The notes under the pieces are model-generated. The model made no database searches, was not told the origin of the DNA, and saw only the letters and a program-made list of their open reading frames with translations. A stretch of DNA of 51,100 nt, taken from the sequence record DRR723986_1312, one strand, 5' to 3'. Below, piece by piece: positions 38,301-49,118 of this stretch. The position numbers were made by a program, and so were the translations under genes. How positions within the stretch are numbered: position 1 is the stretch's first letter; each line of letters opens with the position of its first letter.

Positions 38301-38465
38301 AATAGAATAAAGGTTAAGCATGCTACGGTTTATCTAGCTGGTGAAAATCTTGGTTGGGTATCTTCTAGAAAAGGTATGTATGTGTCGGGTACTTTCAATG
38401 GTACAACTTCGAATACCTATACTCCAGCAAGATCATTCACCTTGGGACTTAATTTGAACCTGTAA
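35325..38465 (+). CDS. SusC/RagA family TonB-dependent outer membrane transporter
   Basis: N-terminal carboxypeptidase-regulatory-like domain, PLYVVDGVP, LKDASSSALYGARAANGVIMITTK, RRDGSSRF, beta-strand C-terminus. Confidence 0.96.
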   Translation: MKKALLSMLFGLLISSSVFAQQRTITGRVISEEEPEGLIGVNILVKGTGTGVITDLDGSYTLQVPDGATTLVFSYIGYLSKEEVIGNRSEINVTLSPDAQSLDEVIITAYGGTMDKGNFTGSAVSLKGDKIADRPINNVVNAIEGQAPGVITTSASGQPGATPAVRIRGVGSVNSSSSPLYVVDGVPYDGDLSNLNPSDIEDMTILKDASSSALYGARAANGVIMITTKTGKKNQPTFNLKIQQGFSGRALPEYDRVNPDQYYPLVWESLNNSRLGAGQSAADAAQYASTNLIDNVLKYNIYNVPNDQVVGLDGTLNPNAVNNFEGLDWFDELQRRGDRKEYNLTYSGGSEKTDFYTSFNYLNEKGFVIQSDIERFTGRVNVNTQATKWLKTGLNLSATMSEGNNSRSTGSSSYVNPFFFARNIGPIYPVYAQNMQTGGFILDENGNKIFDTGNLSELGLPSRGSDASAGRHAVQETLLNVDSFDRDVISGRAYVEAKFLKNFTIRTNISTDMTSLLEVGYDNQIVGDGAPAGRTNRGNYRTNSLTFNQILSYSKVFQEKHFVEALVGHENYNYQQVRQYLSKQDQILDGNIEPDNFVTINSATGRTDVDRIESYFSRVNYVYDDKYSLSASFRRDGSSRFYKDVRWGNFFSVGGAWTIDQENFFNSDFIQLLKLRASYGQVGNNNVDGYYPWQALYDLGNNNGPEPGILQSSLSARELVWESNNTFDIGFDFAFGNRFQGTIEYFNRVSENLLFEVPLSLTTGLSSRIQNIGTMSNQGIEFSISGDVVRASDFTWNVGLNVSTFDNEFKKLPFEDQINGTKKYEVGSSIYDFWLRDWYGVDPATGDGLFRADEYAEDDADIRIIGSDTLTVDQGNARFHYAGSAIPDFFGGLTNTFTYKGFSLSVLMSFSVGGDIYDGIYGGLMDAATEGGALHTDILNRWQQPGDITDVPKMDVTGAADTNVASDRWLTSASYLNFRSVNLSYTVPKAFLNRIKVKHATVYLAGENLGWVSSRKGMYVSGTFNGTTSNTYTPARSFTLGLNLNL

Positions 38466-38471
38466 TTTAGA

Positions 38472-39980
38472 ATGATGATGAAAAAACATATAAATAAATT
38501 ATTTATAGCAGCAGCACTTCTAGTAACCACTAGCTGTGCTGATGATTATCTGGAAACGCTTCCTACAGATGCTGTTCCGGAGGAATTGGTCTTTACGACT
38601 ACTAAGAATGCGATGACTGCCTTGAATGGTATTCATAGAATGCTTTTGTTACGTTTTGATAGCCAAGGGCAGCCTGCAGAAAGCGGCGTGATGATCATGC
38701 GTGACGTGATGTCTGATGATGTGGTATTTACTACTACTGGTAATGGCTGGTTTGTGTCAATGGGTAGATGGTTGACTCACTCAAATGAAAATGCAGGTGA
38801 TGTGCGTTTCGTGTGGAGGTATTACTATAAGGTAATCGGTAATGCAAACATGATTATCGCTAACATTGATGATGCTGAAGGTACTCAGGGAGAAAGAGAT
38901 GAAATCAAAGGTCAGGCTTTGGCCTACAGAGCTTGGGCTCATTTTAATCTTGTGCAATTATTTGCAGAGCGCTATGATGCATCTGGAGCTAATTCCCAGT
39001 TGGGAGTACCTATCGTTATAGAGCCTATCACTGAAGGTGGTGCTAGAAATACCGTCGGAGAAGTTTACGCACAGATTACTGAAGATTTGGCTGCAGCGGA
39101 AAGCTTATTGGCACCACTTGGAGGGACTAGAAATGCTAAGTCTCACCTGAATATTAATGTAGTGAAAGGTATCCAAGCTCGTGTAGCAATGATCAAAGAG
39201 GATTACACTTCTGCAGCTCAGTTGGCTAGTGAAGCTCGTGAAGGCTTTGACCTAATGTCCGAATCTGCTCTTTATGAAGGATTCAACAATGTGAATAATT
39301 CAGAGTGGATCTGGGGCAGTTTTCAGCAAGATGATCAGCAGACTTTCTTTGCATCATTCTTTGCGTATATGTCTCTAAACTTCTCTTCTACTAACATTAG
39401 ATCAAATCCAAAGGCGATCAATTCTTCACTTTATGATATGATTCCTGATTCAGATTACAGAAAAGGGCTTTGGGATCCTAATGCTTCCGACCCTGCTTTG
39501 AGAGATCCTTTCATAGATGAAGTTACGCTGTCTAGTTTCACGAAAAAAGACTACATGAACCGTAAGTTTCTTGCTCAGGGTAATGCATCTTCTGTAGGTG
39601 ATGTCCCTTACATGAGATCTGCTGAAATGTACTTGACTGAAGCAGAAGCTTTAGCTAGAGGAGGAAATGATTCTCAGGCTGCGCAGGTTTTGTATGATTT
39701 TGTTTCGGAGAGAGATCCGGAATATACTATGTCATCTAATACAGGTGATGCGCTAATCGAAGAAATCATGGTTCAGAGAAGAATCGAACTTTGGGGTGAA
39801 GGATTTAGATTCTATGACCTTAAGAGATTAAATCTTCCTTTGGATAGAACTGGAGCTAACTTTGTAGAGTCTGTAATCAACGGAAAATACACTGAAGCTG
39901 CTGGCACTAACGCTTGGCAATGGCAAATTCCAATTGACGAATTGAATGCTAATGAAAATATGGTACAGAATCCTTCTTAA
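38472..39980 (+). CDS. SusD/RagB family lipoprotein
   Basis: LVTTSC lipobox, RAWAHFNLV, R.AEMYL..AEA, RRIELWGEG.RFYDLKR. Confidence 0.95.
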   Translation: MMMKKHINKLFIAAALLVTTSCADDYLETLPTDAVPEELVFTTTKNAMTALNGIHRMLLLRFDSQGQPAESGVMIMRDVMSDDVVFTTTGNGWFVSMGRWLTHSNENAGDVRFVWRYYYKVIGNANMIIANIDDAEGTQGERDEIKGQALAYRAWAHFNLVQLFAERYDASGANSQLGVPIVIEPITEGGARNTVGEVYAQITEDLAAAESLLAPLGGTRNAKSHLNINVVKGIQARVAMIKEDYTSAAQLASEAREGFDLMSESALYEGFNNVNNSEWIWGSFQQDDQQTFFASFFAYMSLNFSSTNIRSNPKAINSSLYDMIPDSDYRKGLWDPNASDPALRDPFIDEVTLSSFTKKDYMNRKFLAQGNASSVGDVPYMRSAEMYLTEAEALARGGNDSQAAQVLYDFVSERDPEYTMSSNTGDALIEEIMVQRRIELWGEGFRFYDLKRLNLPLDRTGANFVESVINGKYTEAAGTNAWQWQIPIDELNANENMVQNPS

Positions 39981-39997
39981 GGATTAGCCATTCACTT

Positions 39998-40029
39998 AAA
40001 AACCCGAGGAAATTTCCTCGGGTTTTTTT
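39998..40029. terminator. Bidirectional intrinsic terminator
   Basis: Perfect palindrome aaaaacccgaggaaatttcctcgggttttt between convergent genes. Confidence 0.9.
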
Positions 40030-40043
40030 GTTTTCAACTGAAG

Positions 40044-40433
40044 CTACACTTCATATAACTCTATAGGCAGATTATCAGGATCTGCGATAAATGTAAACCT
40101 TTTGTTTGTGGCTTCATCTACCCGGATGGGCTCTACATGGACTTGATGTTTTCTCAGTTCCCTTATGGATTCCTCAAGATTTGCTACTGCAAAAGCTAAA
40201 TGCCTTAGACCTGAAGCTTCCGGTCTTGATATTCGGGATGGAGGTGATGGGAAAGAGAATAGTTCGATTACATACAGTCCATTTAAACTTAAATCTAATT
40301 TGTAGGAATCTCTTTCTTTTCGATATTCTTCCCGAATTATTTGAAGACCAAGAACTTCAGTATAGAAATTTTTAGAACGTTCATAAGCAGAACAGATAAT
40401 TGCAATATGGTGAATACCTTTCAGTTGGAGCAT
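40044..40433 (-). CDS. gloA2: VOC/glyoxalase family protein (YaeR/SMU1112c-like)
   Basis: IHHIAIICS.Y..SK.FY, SYKLDL, IELFSF, GLRHLAF, DPD.LPIELYE. Confidence 0.88.
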   Translation of the reverse strand: MLQLKGIHHIAIICSAYERSKNFYTEVLGLQIIREEYRKERDSYKLDLSLNGLYVIELFSFPSPPSRISRPEASGLRHLAFAVANLEESIRELRKHQVHVEPIRVDEATNKRFTFIADPDNLPIELYEV

Positions 40434-40484
40434 TTTTTCAAGATAGGAGCAAAGGGAAAAGAAGTTTTCATGGGTTAGTGTAAC

Positions 40485-41792
40485 TCAATATTTATCATGG
40501 ATATAGTATAATACTTTGGTCAGTTCGGTTTTTAATTCACTGCCCGAAATGGCGTAGTTATTCATCAGGCAAGAGAAGTGCAAGATGTTGCCACTTTTTG
40601 TAATCAGATAGCCACTAAGTGCATTACTCATTGATAACGTGCCGGTTTTGGCGTAGATGTAGGGAGGCTGGCCTTCATCTGAATGGTAGTAGTTTCGGAT
40701 CGTCCCAGATTCTCCACCTGCTGGGAAATATGCCATTATTTTTTCCATTGGAACTTCTGATCTGATCTTGGCTAGCAAAGCGATAATGCTCCTTGGAGTA
40801 AACATGTTTTTGGAAGAAAGGCCAGAGCCATCCACCCAAATAGCCTCATCAGGCAAGTCTGCTAACAGGTTTTCTTTCGCGTAAGCAATAGCATCAGCGG
40901 TACTGAGTTTATTGTCCAATTGATCAGATACCAAAAGCAAAAGTTGCTCAGCTAAGAAATTGTCAGAGATTTTCATCATCTGGGAGTAGATGCTATCGGC
41001 TGCTGCGGTAAGTAATTTCTTCGGTTCTTCGGCAAAGTAGTTGTTATTAGTAATGACCGTAATTTTCTTGCCAACTTCTTCTGAAAGTAATTGAGCTGCA
41101 AAATCTACAGAGGTAATAAAAGGAATATCAGTTTCAAATCTTTTCTCTGTTGCATCTGCAGTCACGAAGTAGGAGAACTTGTTTTCCAGATGGTCTCTTC
41201 GAAAGCTTGAGCTTGAATTTCCTCGTGGTTCTGTTAGTTCCATTGCGGATTCGAAGCGAGGTGGGTATATAGTAAATGCTGAATCCCCTTCGCTTTTTGC
41301 GAAGCGAACAATGTCTCCATATACGGGCAAAGCAGATCGTTCAGCAGCATAATATGCATTATACCAGTCCCAAGACCAGCCTGATCCAAAAGCATCTACT
41401 TGATCAAAATTATCAAGGAGGTATAATTTCTTTTCCTGATTTTTCAGGAAATCTATCACCTTGGTGTTTTTTAAATCTGGATGAAGCAAACTGGGATCAC
41501 CTGTTCCCCAAAAGATAAGGGAATCACCCTTTTCCAAGTAATTCAAACCATTCACCAAACTGTCACCCAAAACTGTGTAGGAAGTGTAAAAGGTAAAAAG
41601 CTTGGTGTTAGATGCAGGGATAAAATACTTGTCTGAGTTAATATCCACCAGGATTTTGTCTTTTACTGGGTCCACAAGCATAAAACCAAGATGGCCTTTA
41701 TTAAAGACATCAGATTTGCTGAGTGACTTATTGATGCGCTGAACTGTGCAGGAGCTCAAGAGAATCAATATGGCGATTAATAGGTTTTTCAT
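40485..41792 (-). CDS. dacB: D-alanyl-D-alanine carboxypeptidase/endopeptidase (peptidase S13, PBP4-like), lipoprotein
   Basis: LLSSC lipobox, PASNTK (SxxK), SDN, DGSGLS, AKTGTL. Confidence 0.88.
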   Translation of the reverse strand: MKNLLIAILILLSSCTVQRINKSLSKSDVFNKGHLGFMLVDPVKDKILVDINSDKYFIPASNTKLFTFYTSYTVLGDSLVNGLNYLEKGDSLIFWGTGDPSLLHPDLKNTKVIDFLKNQEKKLYLLDNFDQVDAFGSGWSWDWYNAYYAAERSALPVYGDIVRFAKSEGDSAFTIYPPRFESAMELTEPRGNSSSSFRRDHLENKFSYFVTADATEKRFETDIPFITSVDFAAQLLSEEVGKKITVITNNNYFAEEPKKLLTAAADSIYSQMMKISDNFLAEQLLLLVSDQLDNKLSTADAIAYAKENLLADLPDEAIWVDGSGLSSKNMFTPRSIIALLAKIRSEVPMEKIMAYFPAGGESGTIRNYYHSDEGQPPYIYAKTGTLSMSNALSGYLITKSGNILHFSCLMNNYAISGSELKTELTKVLYYIHDKY

Positions 41793-41821
41793 TTGTATTG
41801 AGTTGTAGTTTTAAGTTAAAT

Positions 41822-41853
41822 AAAAAAGTCTCCCATCTTTCGATAGGAGACTT
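41822..41853 (-). terminator. Intrinsic terminator of the second susC-susD pair
   Basis: Minus strand: aagtctcctatc-gaaa-gatgggagactt followed by a U-run. Confidence 0.85.
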
Positions 41854-41871
41854 AATACTAGAGTTAAGCAT

Positions 41872-43284
41872 TTATTGGTCCCACCAGATTCTGTCGAGAA
41901 GTGAAACAGATGGAACGTTAGCTCCATTTCTGCTTATTTCACTGTCTGGGTAAGCCAATCTTCTAATGAATTCATTTCCTAAATCTGGATTTAAGTTTTC
42001 TGGAAGTGTCATGTCCTTGTACGCATAATCAAATCTTCTGGCATCATTCCAGGTTTCAGGATGTAGAAATAGTGCTACATATTTTTCCTTGAAAATATCT
42101 GCTATAGTCAACGCGTCTGCTCCCATACTCACACTTGCATCAGCAAGGTAGGCTGCCTTTTCAGTCGCAGGGACGCTAAGCATGTCCATATGGGCATTTA
42201 TTCCATCAAGATATGCAGCGTAAGCAGCCGCTTTATCAGTGTCAAAAGCAGCCTCTGCTTCTATAAATTTTAACTCCGCATAGGTGGCAATTAATAAAGG
42301 AGCTTGCCTGGAAGTATAATACTGTCCTTCCACCAATGTAGAACGGGCCCCTTGCTCAGGAGCATTTCCACGACCAGCGCCATTTACAGTGCCGATGAAC
42401 TCTCCATCATCAGTAGTTCCCACCATCAGCTTCAATCTAGGGTCTACAGTTGGATAAGAAGTCCCATCCAATGCTTCAATAAACTGCTCGGAAATCCAGC
42501 CAGTCAATAGCAAGTTTGCATTATTAATTGCTTCTTGAGCCCATGGGTTGAAACGCTGCTCAAAGAACGTAACTGAGGCATTATCAGCATTTGAATCGAA
42601 TCCATTTGCTGCTGCAGCAAGTACCTCTGAAGCACTATATCCAGATGATCCCTTCATGTGAATCATATAGCGTGCTTTCAGGGTGTAAGCAAATTTCAGC
42701 CATAAGTCTATATCTCCTCCATAGATAAAATCATCATTTCCGATAGAAGAACTGGAAGGTTGGTTCAGATTTGCTATTCCTTGATCTAAAAGACTAATCA
42801 CATTGCCATATAGAACCTGATCGTCATCGTAGGCAGGAGTGACCGTGCTGAAGTTGAAACTTTCAGAAAATGGTACATCACCGAACAAATCAACCGTCAT
42901 CCCTAGATTGAGAGCCATTAAGACTTGTCCTGCTCCAAGATATTGGAGAGCACCTTCGGCTTCTGCTTTTTCATTCATGGTATATAGATCAGTCATTACA
43001 TTGTAAAGGCTGAACCACATGCTGCTAAAATTAAGTGGCTCCATGGTATCAGATCCACTTGCAGGATTGGGCGAGGCCAAATATTGCACGTAATTACTTA
43101 CTGCGCTACCTTCTCTATACACATTCAAACTGGTCTCATATGTAATGTTGGTCATCAGACCAGAGATAGGTGCATCCTGAGGATTGTTTGGGTTCTCATT
43201 TACATCCAAATATGAATCACAAGCCGAGGCTGTTAGAATTAAGGATGTTCCCAAAACTGCTTTTATTTTATTATTCAATTTCAT
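41872..43284 (-). CDS. SusD/RagB family lipoprotein
   Basis: TASAC lipobox, DVNENPNNP, DLFGDVPFSE, DFIYGGD..W, E.WND.RR, RRLAYP. Confidence 0.93.
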   Translation of the reverse strand: MKLNNKIKAVLGTSLILTASACDSYLDVNENPNNPQDAPISGLMTNITYETSLNVYREGSAVSNYVQYLASPNPASGSDTMEPLNFSSMWFSLYNVMTDLYTMNEKAEAEGALQYLGAGQVLMALNLGMTVDLFGDVPFSESFNFSTVTPAYDDDQVLYGNVISLLDQGIANLNQPSSSSIGNDDFIYGGDIDLWLKFAYTLKARYMIHMKGSSGYSASEVLAAAANGFDSNADNASVTFFEQRFNPWAQEAINNANLLLTGWISEQFIEALDGTSYPTVDPRLKLMVGTTDDGEFIGTVNGAGRGNAPEQGARSTLVEGQYYTSRQAPLLIATYAELKFIEAEAAFDTDKAAAYAAYLDGINAHMDMLSVPATEKAAYLADASVSMGADALTIADIFKEKYVALFLHPETWNDARRFDYAYKDMTLPENLNPDLGNEFIRRLAYPDSEISRNGANVPSVSLLDRIWWDQ

Positions 43285-43303
43285 GTTTCTGTTGGTTTAG
43301 TGG

Positions 43304-46300
43304 TTATAGACCTAAATTCAAAGTAACGAAATAGCTCTGTACACCTGGGAAACCTAGCCCAGTGAACCCTATCGCATTTCCACCCGCTCCTGAAGAGAAG
43401 GACTCTGGATCAAAACCATCCCAAGGTGTAGAAAGGATAATGTTATTCGCTGCTAATGAAATTCTAGCAGATCTGAATGGAGTTTTTTCTAGTAGTTGAG
43501 GCTGTAAGCTGTATGCTAATGTGATGTTTCTCAGTTTAATAAAACTTGCATCATTCACAAAGTTTTCAGAAACACCTCTATAATAGTTTCTCCAGTAGCC
43601 AGCTCCATAATCTACTCCGTCCGGACCAACACCCTGCCCAAGCCAAACTTCTTTGGTGTTTTGGGATCCATCAGCTAGTACACCTGGGAACACCACAGTT
43701 TCATTTCTTCTATTGGAATCTTCCTGCTTTCCGAAAGCTGATAGGAAGTTGCCAAATTGATCATATTGATCGAGTCCTGTTCTAAAATCGATTAGGAAGG
43801 AAAGCTCGAGTCCTTTGTATGTGAATTGATTTCTCAAACCTCCAAAGAATTTTGGAACAGCATTACCAAGGATGATCTGATTACCGGTTCTAACTGGGAA
43901 TCCATTCGAACCAATTTGTTGCGCCAACCCTCTATCCAATTCACTTGCTCCTTCAGTCATTCCAGGTCTTACATAGTAGCTTCCTGATATATTTCCATAA
44001 GCTTCCCCTTCTCGTAAAATCATTGTTACAGTAGATCCTGCATATCCAAATTGGCTTCCTACTACGATTTGATCAATTCCTTCTCGAATTGCCTTTACCT
44101 CATTTTTGTTGGTCGTGAGGTTAGCAGTAACATCCCATTTGAAATCTCCAGTTTCAATAGGAGAGCCACCAAGTACAATTTCAAATCCCTTATTTTCGAT
44201 TTCACCTGCGTTGGTGATATAGGAAGAGAAGCCGGTTGCATCCGAAATTGGAACAGGGATGATCTGATCTGCTGCATTGGATTTGTAATATGTCACATCC
44301 AAATTCAACCTATTATTGAAAAAGGCTAATTGGGTACCAAATTCTATAGAAGTCGTTTGCTCTGGCTTCAAATTAGGATCACCAAAAGTTGAGTTTTTAG
44401 AAAAACCGACTTGACCGTTCAGTGGAAATATTGATGGAGAAACGAAGGTCGCTCCTAAGATATGGGGATTAGTATCTTTACCTACCTGTGCCCAAGATCC
44501 TCTTAGCTTACCAAAAGTAATCCAAGATGGTAACTCCAAATTTTCGCTAAATACGTAGCCAAGGTTTACCGAAGGGTAGAAGAATGAGTTATTGTCTTTT
44601 GGTAGTGTAGAGGAGATGTCATTTCTTCCGGTTACGTTTAAGAATAGAAAGTTTTTATAATCTACCATTAAATCACCGTAGAAACCTACTAATCTTCTTA
44701 TGCTCTTTCCTTGACTAGCAAATATTTGAGTAGTGTTGCTAAGGTTGTAGAATCCAGGGATTACAAAGTTTGAACCTGAAGCTGATACTCTATCATATCT
44801 TCTTTCGAAGACATCATTACCTAACCTCAATTGCGTATTCCAATCACTATTCCATTGCTTCTTCAAGGTGATGTAGAAGTTGGAGTTTAAATCTTTACTG
44901 TTAATGCGGGTTTCCTCCATATATCCAGTAGAGCTTAAAGCTAGTTCACCATCAATTCCCATTGGGCCAGGAGTGATTTCTGTTCTGCTATCACTGTAAA
45001 AGTCTGTACCTAATCTGTAAGACAACATTAGCCAATCGGTTGGGCTGTAATTCAGATTCAAGTTTCCGATTAAACGATTTACATCATCCTCATAAGTTGC
45101 AAATCGAGCATCATATATAGGATTGGTATTACCGTAGGTTTTCATAGTACCATCCTCATTAATGTAGTCAGTCACATCAGTTGTTTCTGACCAATACATC
45201 ATTCTTTCTAAAAATCTGTCGTGAGGAACTCTATTACCTCCAGAATTAGAATAATTAATCGACCCTGAAAAGTTGAATTTCTCGCTTGCTTTTACCGTGC
45301 CAGAAAGTTTGGCTGTTGTTCTTCCCCATGTAGAGAACGGTATGATTCCTTCTTGGTCCAATCTACCAAAGGAACCATAAAATGTAGCTTTTTCATTACC
45401 TCCTGCGATACTCACACTATTGTCAATGGTAGTTCCGGTATTGAAAGCATTTGTCCAGTTGTCCTGATAGACGTAGCTAGGATCATTTTCGGCAGCTATG
45501 TTTGCTCCCCAGGAAGGCCAGAAACTTGAGTCATCTCTTTCTCCGCTAAAACCTTGGCCATATTGGTCCTGTAATGCTGGTTTTTTGACCAACTCATCTA
45601 CTCCAAATGAGCTGGATACATTTACTTGAATTTGTCCTGCTTTACCTTTTTTGGTAGTAATGATGACGGCACCATTCGCGGCGCGCACTCCATATAAAGC
45701 AGTCGCTGCTGCACCTTTTAGCACAGACATAGTCTCTATATCATTGGGATTGATATCAGCAATTCTATTCGTCATACCTCTAGGGGTACCACTAGATTCT
45801 ACAGTCGAGTTATCAACTGGAACACCATCTACCACAAATAATGGTTGGTTATCTGCACTTGGATCCAGCGAGTTTATACCTCGAATGATAATTCTTGCTG
45901 ATTGTCCTGGAGCGCCTCCAGAGTTCGTCACTTGCACACCCGCAACTTGCCCTTGCAATGCATTAACTATATTCGGTTGCTTGGAAGTTGTGATTGCTTC
46001 AGAATCGATACTTTGTGCAGAATAGCCCAGGGATTTTTTCTCTTGGGAGATACCAAAAGCTGTTACAATAAATTCATCTAGATCTGATGCAGAGGTTGCT
46101 AATGCAACATTTATAGTTGATTGTGAACCAACTGTTAAGCTTTTTGAATCAAAGCCTATAAAAGAGAAAACCAATATAGCATCTGCATTTGGGACATCAA
46201 TAGTATAATTACCATCTAGGTCAGTTACAGCACCCGTATTGGTACCTTGTATCAAAATACTAGCCCCTGGAAGTGGTTGCCCATCTTCTTGAGCTGTTAC

Positions 46301-46390
46301 TTTTCCTTTTACCGTTTGCTGGGCATAGAGTGGAATACTCGCCAGAAACCCTAAAAGAAAAAGCAAGGTCATTGCGTAGTTTTTCTTCAT
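43304..46390 (-). CDS. SusC/RagA family TonB-dependent outer membrane transporter
   Basis: QPLFVVDGVP, LKGAAATALYGVRAANGAVIITTKKG, RNDISSTLP, LKPEQT. Confidence 0.96.
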   Translation of the reverse strand: MKKNYAMTLLFLLGFLASIPLYAQQTVKGKVTAQEDGQPLPGASILIQGTNTGAVTDLDGNYTIDVPNADAILVFSFIGFDSKSLTVGSQSTINVALATSASDLDEFIVTAFGISQEKKSLGYSAQSIDSEAITTSKQPNIVNALQGQVAGVQVTNSGGAPGQSARIIIRGINSLDPSADNQPLFVVDGVPVDNSTVESSGTPRGMTNRIADINPNDIETMSVLKGAAATALYGVRAANGAVIITTKKGKAGQIQVNVSSSFGVDELVKKPALQDQYGQGFSGERDDSSFWPSWGANIAAENDPSYVYQDNWTNAFNTGTTIDNSVSIAGGNEKATFYGSFGRLDQEGIIPFSTWGRTTAKLSGTVKASEKFNFSGSINYSNSGGNRVPHDRFLERMMYWSETTDVTDYINEDGTMKTYGNTNPIYDARFATYEDDVNRLIGNLNLNYSPTDWLMLSYRLGTDFYSDSRTEITPGPMGIDGELALSSTGYMEETRINSKDLNSNFYITLKKQWNSDWNTQLRLGNDVFERRYDRVSASGSNFVIPGFYNLSNTTQIFASQGKSIRRLVGFYGDLMVDYKNFLFLNVTGRNDISSTLPKDNNSFFYPSVNLGYVFSENLELPSWITFGKLRGSWAQVGKDTNPHILGATFVSPSIFPLNGQVGFSKNSTFGDPNLKPEQTTSIEFGTQLAFFNNRLNLDVTYYKSNAADQIIPVPISDATGFSSYITNAGEIENKGFEIVLGGSPIETGDFKWDVTANLTTNKNEVKAIREGIDQIVVGSQFGYAGSTVTMILREGEAYGNISGSYYVRPGMTEGASELDRGLAQQIGSNGFPVRTGNQIILGNAVPKFFGGLRNQFTYKGLELSFLIDFRTGLDQYDQFGNFLSAFGKQEDSNRRNETVVFPGVLADGSQNTKEVWLGQGVGPDGVDYGAGYWRNYYRGVSENFVNDASFIKLRNITLAYSLQPQLLEKTPFRSARISLAANNIILSTPWDGFDPESFSSGAGGNAIGFTGLGFPGVQSYFVTLNLGL

Positions 46391-46782
46391 TTGTTTTTAG
46401 TTTATAGATTAAAATTGGTTTTGCTTTAATTTCTTGCAGTTACTTGCATTTTTTCAATGAGCTAAATGCTCGGGATATATTCAATTTTTGATGTTTGATA
46501 TAGCATGTTGTTGATTTAAAGAACTTCTTGGCCTGAATTGCTAAGGCTATTCTTTTAAACCACTTTTGCGATATTGCACGAAAATCTAACGGTTTACTAG
46601 GTCTTTCATTACCACCATTGCATAAATTACGGATAATAGATTATTTATTTCAATTTTTTGGGTGTGATTTTCATCAGATTGGTGATATTTTCTTTTAACT
46701 CAAATAATATTTGCTTTTGCTTGTTTGTGCTGTATTAAATTTTTTATTCAAGCAATTCAATGCTAGCTCCATTTTAATAGAC

Positions 46783-46816
46783 AAAAAAAAGACTGCCTAG
46801 AAAAGGCAGTCTTTTT
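46783..46816. terminator. Intrinsic terminator downstream of hppA
   Basis: aaaaaaaagactgcct-agaa-aaggcagtcttttt. Confidence 0.85.
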
Positions 46817-46837
46817 AAACCTTGAAAATAAGTGCGA

Positions 46838-49078
46838 TTACTCCACCGTCTTTATTTCTTTGATGGTTTCTGTTACCACTTTCTTTCCATCTTCATACTG
46901 AATTTCTTTTTTGATCTCAACTTTATCTGTCATAATTCCGCCATGTGGACTTTGGCTGATATGCGGCGCAATAATCAGGGCTACGATGGACATCAGTTTG
47001 ATCAAAATATTCATTGATGGCCCCGAAGTGTCCTTAAAAGGATCACCTACTGTATCACCGGTCACAGACGCTTTGTGCGGCTCAGACTTTTTGTAATACA
47101 TCTCACCGTCGATCTCCACGCCTTTTTCAAAAGATTTCTTTGCATTATCCCAAGCTCCACCGGCATTTGACTGGAACATCCCCATCAAAACTCCTGAAAC
47201 TGTCACCCCAGCCAATAAGCCACCAAGCATTTCTGCAGAGGAAACTTGCTCAAATACACCTTGGAAGCCAAATCCTACCAAAATAGGAGTGATCAGTGCA
47301 ATGGCACCTGGAAGAAGCATTTCACGGAGAGAGGCTTTAGTAGAAATCTCTACACATTTATCATATTCAGGCTTAGCCTTATATTCCATAATGCCTGGAA
47401 TTTCTCTAAACTGGCGCCTTACTTCATTTACCATATCCATCGCAGCTCTACCTACTGCTGCTATAGCAAGGGAGGAGAAAATATATGGAATCATCCCGCC
47501 TACAAATAACGCAGCCAACACTGGGGCTTTGAATATATCAATGGCATCAATACCAGCTACACCCACAAATGCAGCGAAAAGCGCGAGGGATGTCAATGCT
47601 GCCGAAGCAATTGCAAATCCTTTACCCGAAGCTGCAGTAGTATTACCCACAGCATCCAGGATATCTGTGCGTTCCCGAACTTCCTCTGGGAGTTGGCTCA
47701 TCTCTGCAATACCACCAGCGTTATCTGCAATCGGCCCAAATGCATCAATAGCAAGTTGCATGGCAGTGGTAGCCATCATTCCTGCGGCCGCAATCGCAAC
47801 CCCGTAAAGACCAGCAAATGCATAGGATCCCATGATTCCACCTGCCAAAACTAAAATCGGAAGAACTGTCGATTCCATGCCGACAGCAAGACCTGCGATG
47901 ATGTTTGTCGCATGACCGGTTGCAGACTGATTAATGATGGACTTGACTGGACGTTTGCCCATGGCAGTATAGTATTCTGTAATGATGCTCATCAAAGTTC
48001 CGACTACAAGACCTAGGATAATTGCATAAAACACGTCCATGTTAGTGAAGTCATATCCTCTTATAGATAAGTTCTCTGGAAGCATGTACTTCACTACAAA
48101 AAAAGAGGCAATACCCGTAAATACTATAGATGACCAGTTTCCCATATTCAAGGCATGTTGCACATCACCTTTGTCATTTTTGATTGTCACAAAGAACATT
48201 CCCATGATAGAGAATACGATGCCCAATCCTGCCAAAACCATTGGAAGTAGGATAGGAGCAATTCCTCCAAAATTATCTACTGAAACTATCTCTCGTCCCA
48301 GCACCATAGTCGCTAGGATAGTGGCTACATATGATCCAAACAAATCGGCTCCCATTCCGGCCACATCTCCTACATTATCACCTACGTTATCAGCAATGGT
48401 TGCGGGATTTCTGACATCATCTTCAGGAATGCCAGCTTCAACTTTCCCTACTAAATCCGCCCCTACATCGGCCGCTTTGGTATAAATACCACCGCCAACT
48501 CTTGCAAAAAGTGCAATTGATTCTGCTCCTAGAGAAAAGCCTGCCAGTACTTCAAGCGCTTTTTCCATTTCTACCCCATTTACGCCAGCACCTACACTTT
48601 GTACATACATGTTATAGAATAAGATAAATAGTGAACCTAATCCTAATACGGCCAAACCTGCCACACCAAGTCCCATGACAGAACCTCCGGTAAATGATAC
48701 TTTCAGGGCGTGTTTCAAACTTGTCCTGGCTGCTTGGGTGGTTCTCACGTTCGCCTTAGTAGCTATATTCATTCCTATATAACCTGCGAAAGCTGAGAAC
48801 ACCGCTCCAATCAGGAAGGAGATCGCGATCACGGGACTGGATGTCTCTACAGACATTCCCGACCAAGCCAAAAGAATCACTGCGATGACCGCAAAGTAGG
48901 AAAGTACTTTCCATTCTGCTTTCAAAAATGCCATGGCCCCGTCAGCTATGTATCCAGCGAGTTCCACCATGTTTTTATCACCTGTTTCCTGCTTAGTAAC
49001 CCAAGCGGATTTAATGGCCATCACAATCAGGCCCACCAGTCCCAGCGCAGGGACTCCATAAATTAAAGCTTGTTCCAT
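46838..49078 (-). CDS. hppA: Membrane-bound K+-dependent (likely Na+-translocating) pyrophosphatase
   Basis: [44 protein letters not shown] (Ala form, K+-dependent clade), [14 protein letters not shown]. Start moved to ATG 49078 (MEQALIY), supported by the promoter motif just upstream. Confidence 0.95.
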   Translation of the reverse strand: MEQALIYGVPALGLVGLIVMAIKSAWVTKQETGDKNMVELAGYIADGAMAFLKAEWKVLSYFAVIAVILLAWSGMSVETSSPVIAISFLIGAVFSAFAGYIGMNIATKANVRTTQAARTSLKHALKVSFTGGSVMGLGVAGLAVLGLGSLFILFYNMYVQSVGAGVNGVEMEKALEVLAGFSLGAESIALFARVGGGIYTKAADVGADLVGKVEAGIPEDDVRNPATIADNVGDNVGDVAGMGADLFGSYVATILATMVLGREIVSVDNFGGIAPILLPMVLAGLGIVFSIMGMFFVTIKNDKGDVQHALNMGNWSSIVFTGIASFFVVKYMLPENLSIRGYDFTNMDVFYAIILGLVVGTLMSIITEYYTAMGKRPVKSIINQSATGHATNIIAGLAVGMESTVLPILVLAGGIMGSYAFAGLYGVAIAAAGMMATTAMQLAIDAFGPIADNAGGIAEMSQLPEEVRERTDILDAVGNTTAASGKGFAIASAALTSLALFAAFVGVAGIDAIDIFKAPVLAALFVGGMIPYIFSSLAIAAVGRAAMDMVNEVRRQFREIPGIMEYKAKPEYDKCVEISTKASLREMLLPGAIALITPILVGFGFQGVFEQVSSAEMLGGLLAGVTVSGVLMGMFQSNAGGAWDNAKKSFEKGVEIDGEMYYKKSEPHKASVTGDTVGDPFKDTSGPSMNILIKLMSIVALIIAPHISQSPHGGIMTDKVEIKKEIQYEDGKKVVTETIKEIKTVE

Positions 49079-49118
49079 AGGGTATATCTTACTGTTAATT
49101 TTGAATTTGTTAATTGAG

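Noticed and set aside
47289-48485. 172-aa and 148-aa plus-strand ORFs
   Set aside because: Antisense shadows of hppA. The same applies to 45651-46025 in susC and the other short ORFs nested in long genes.
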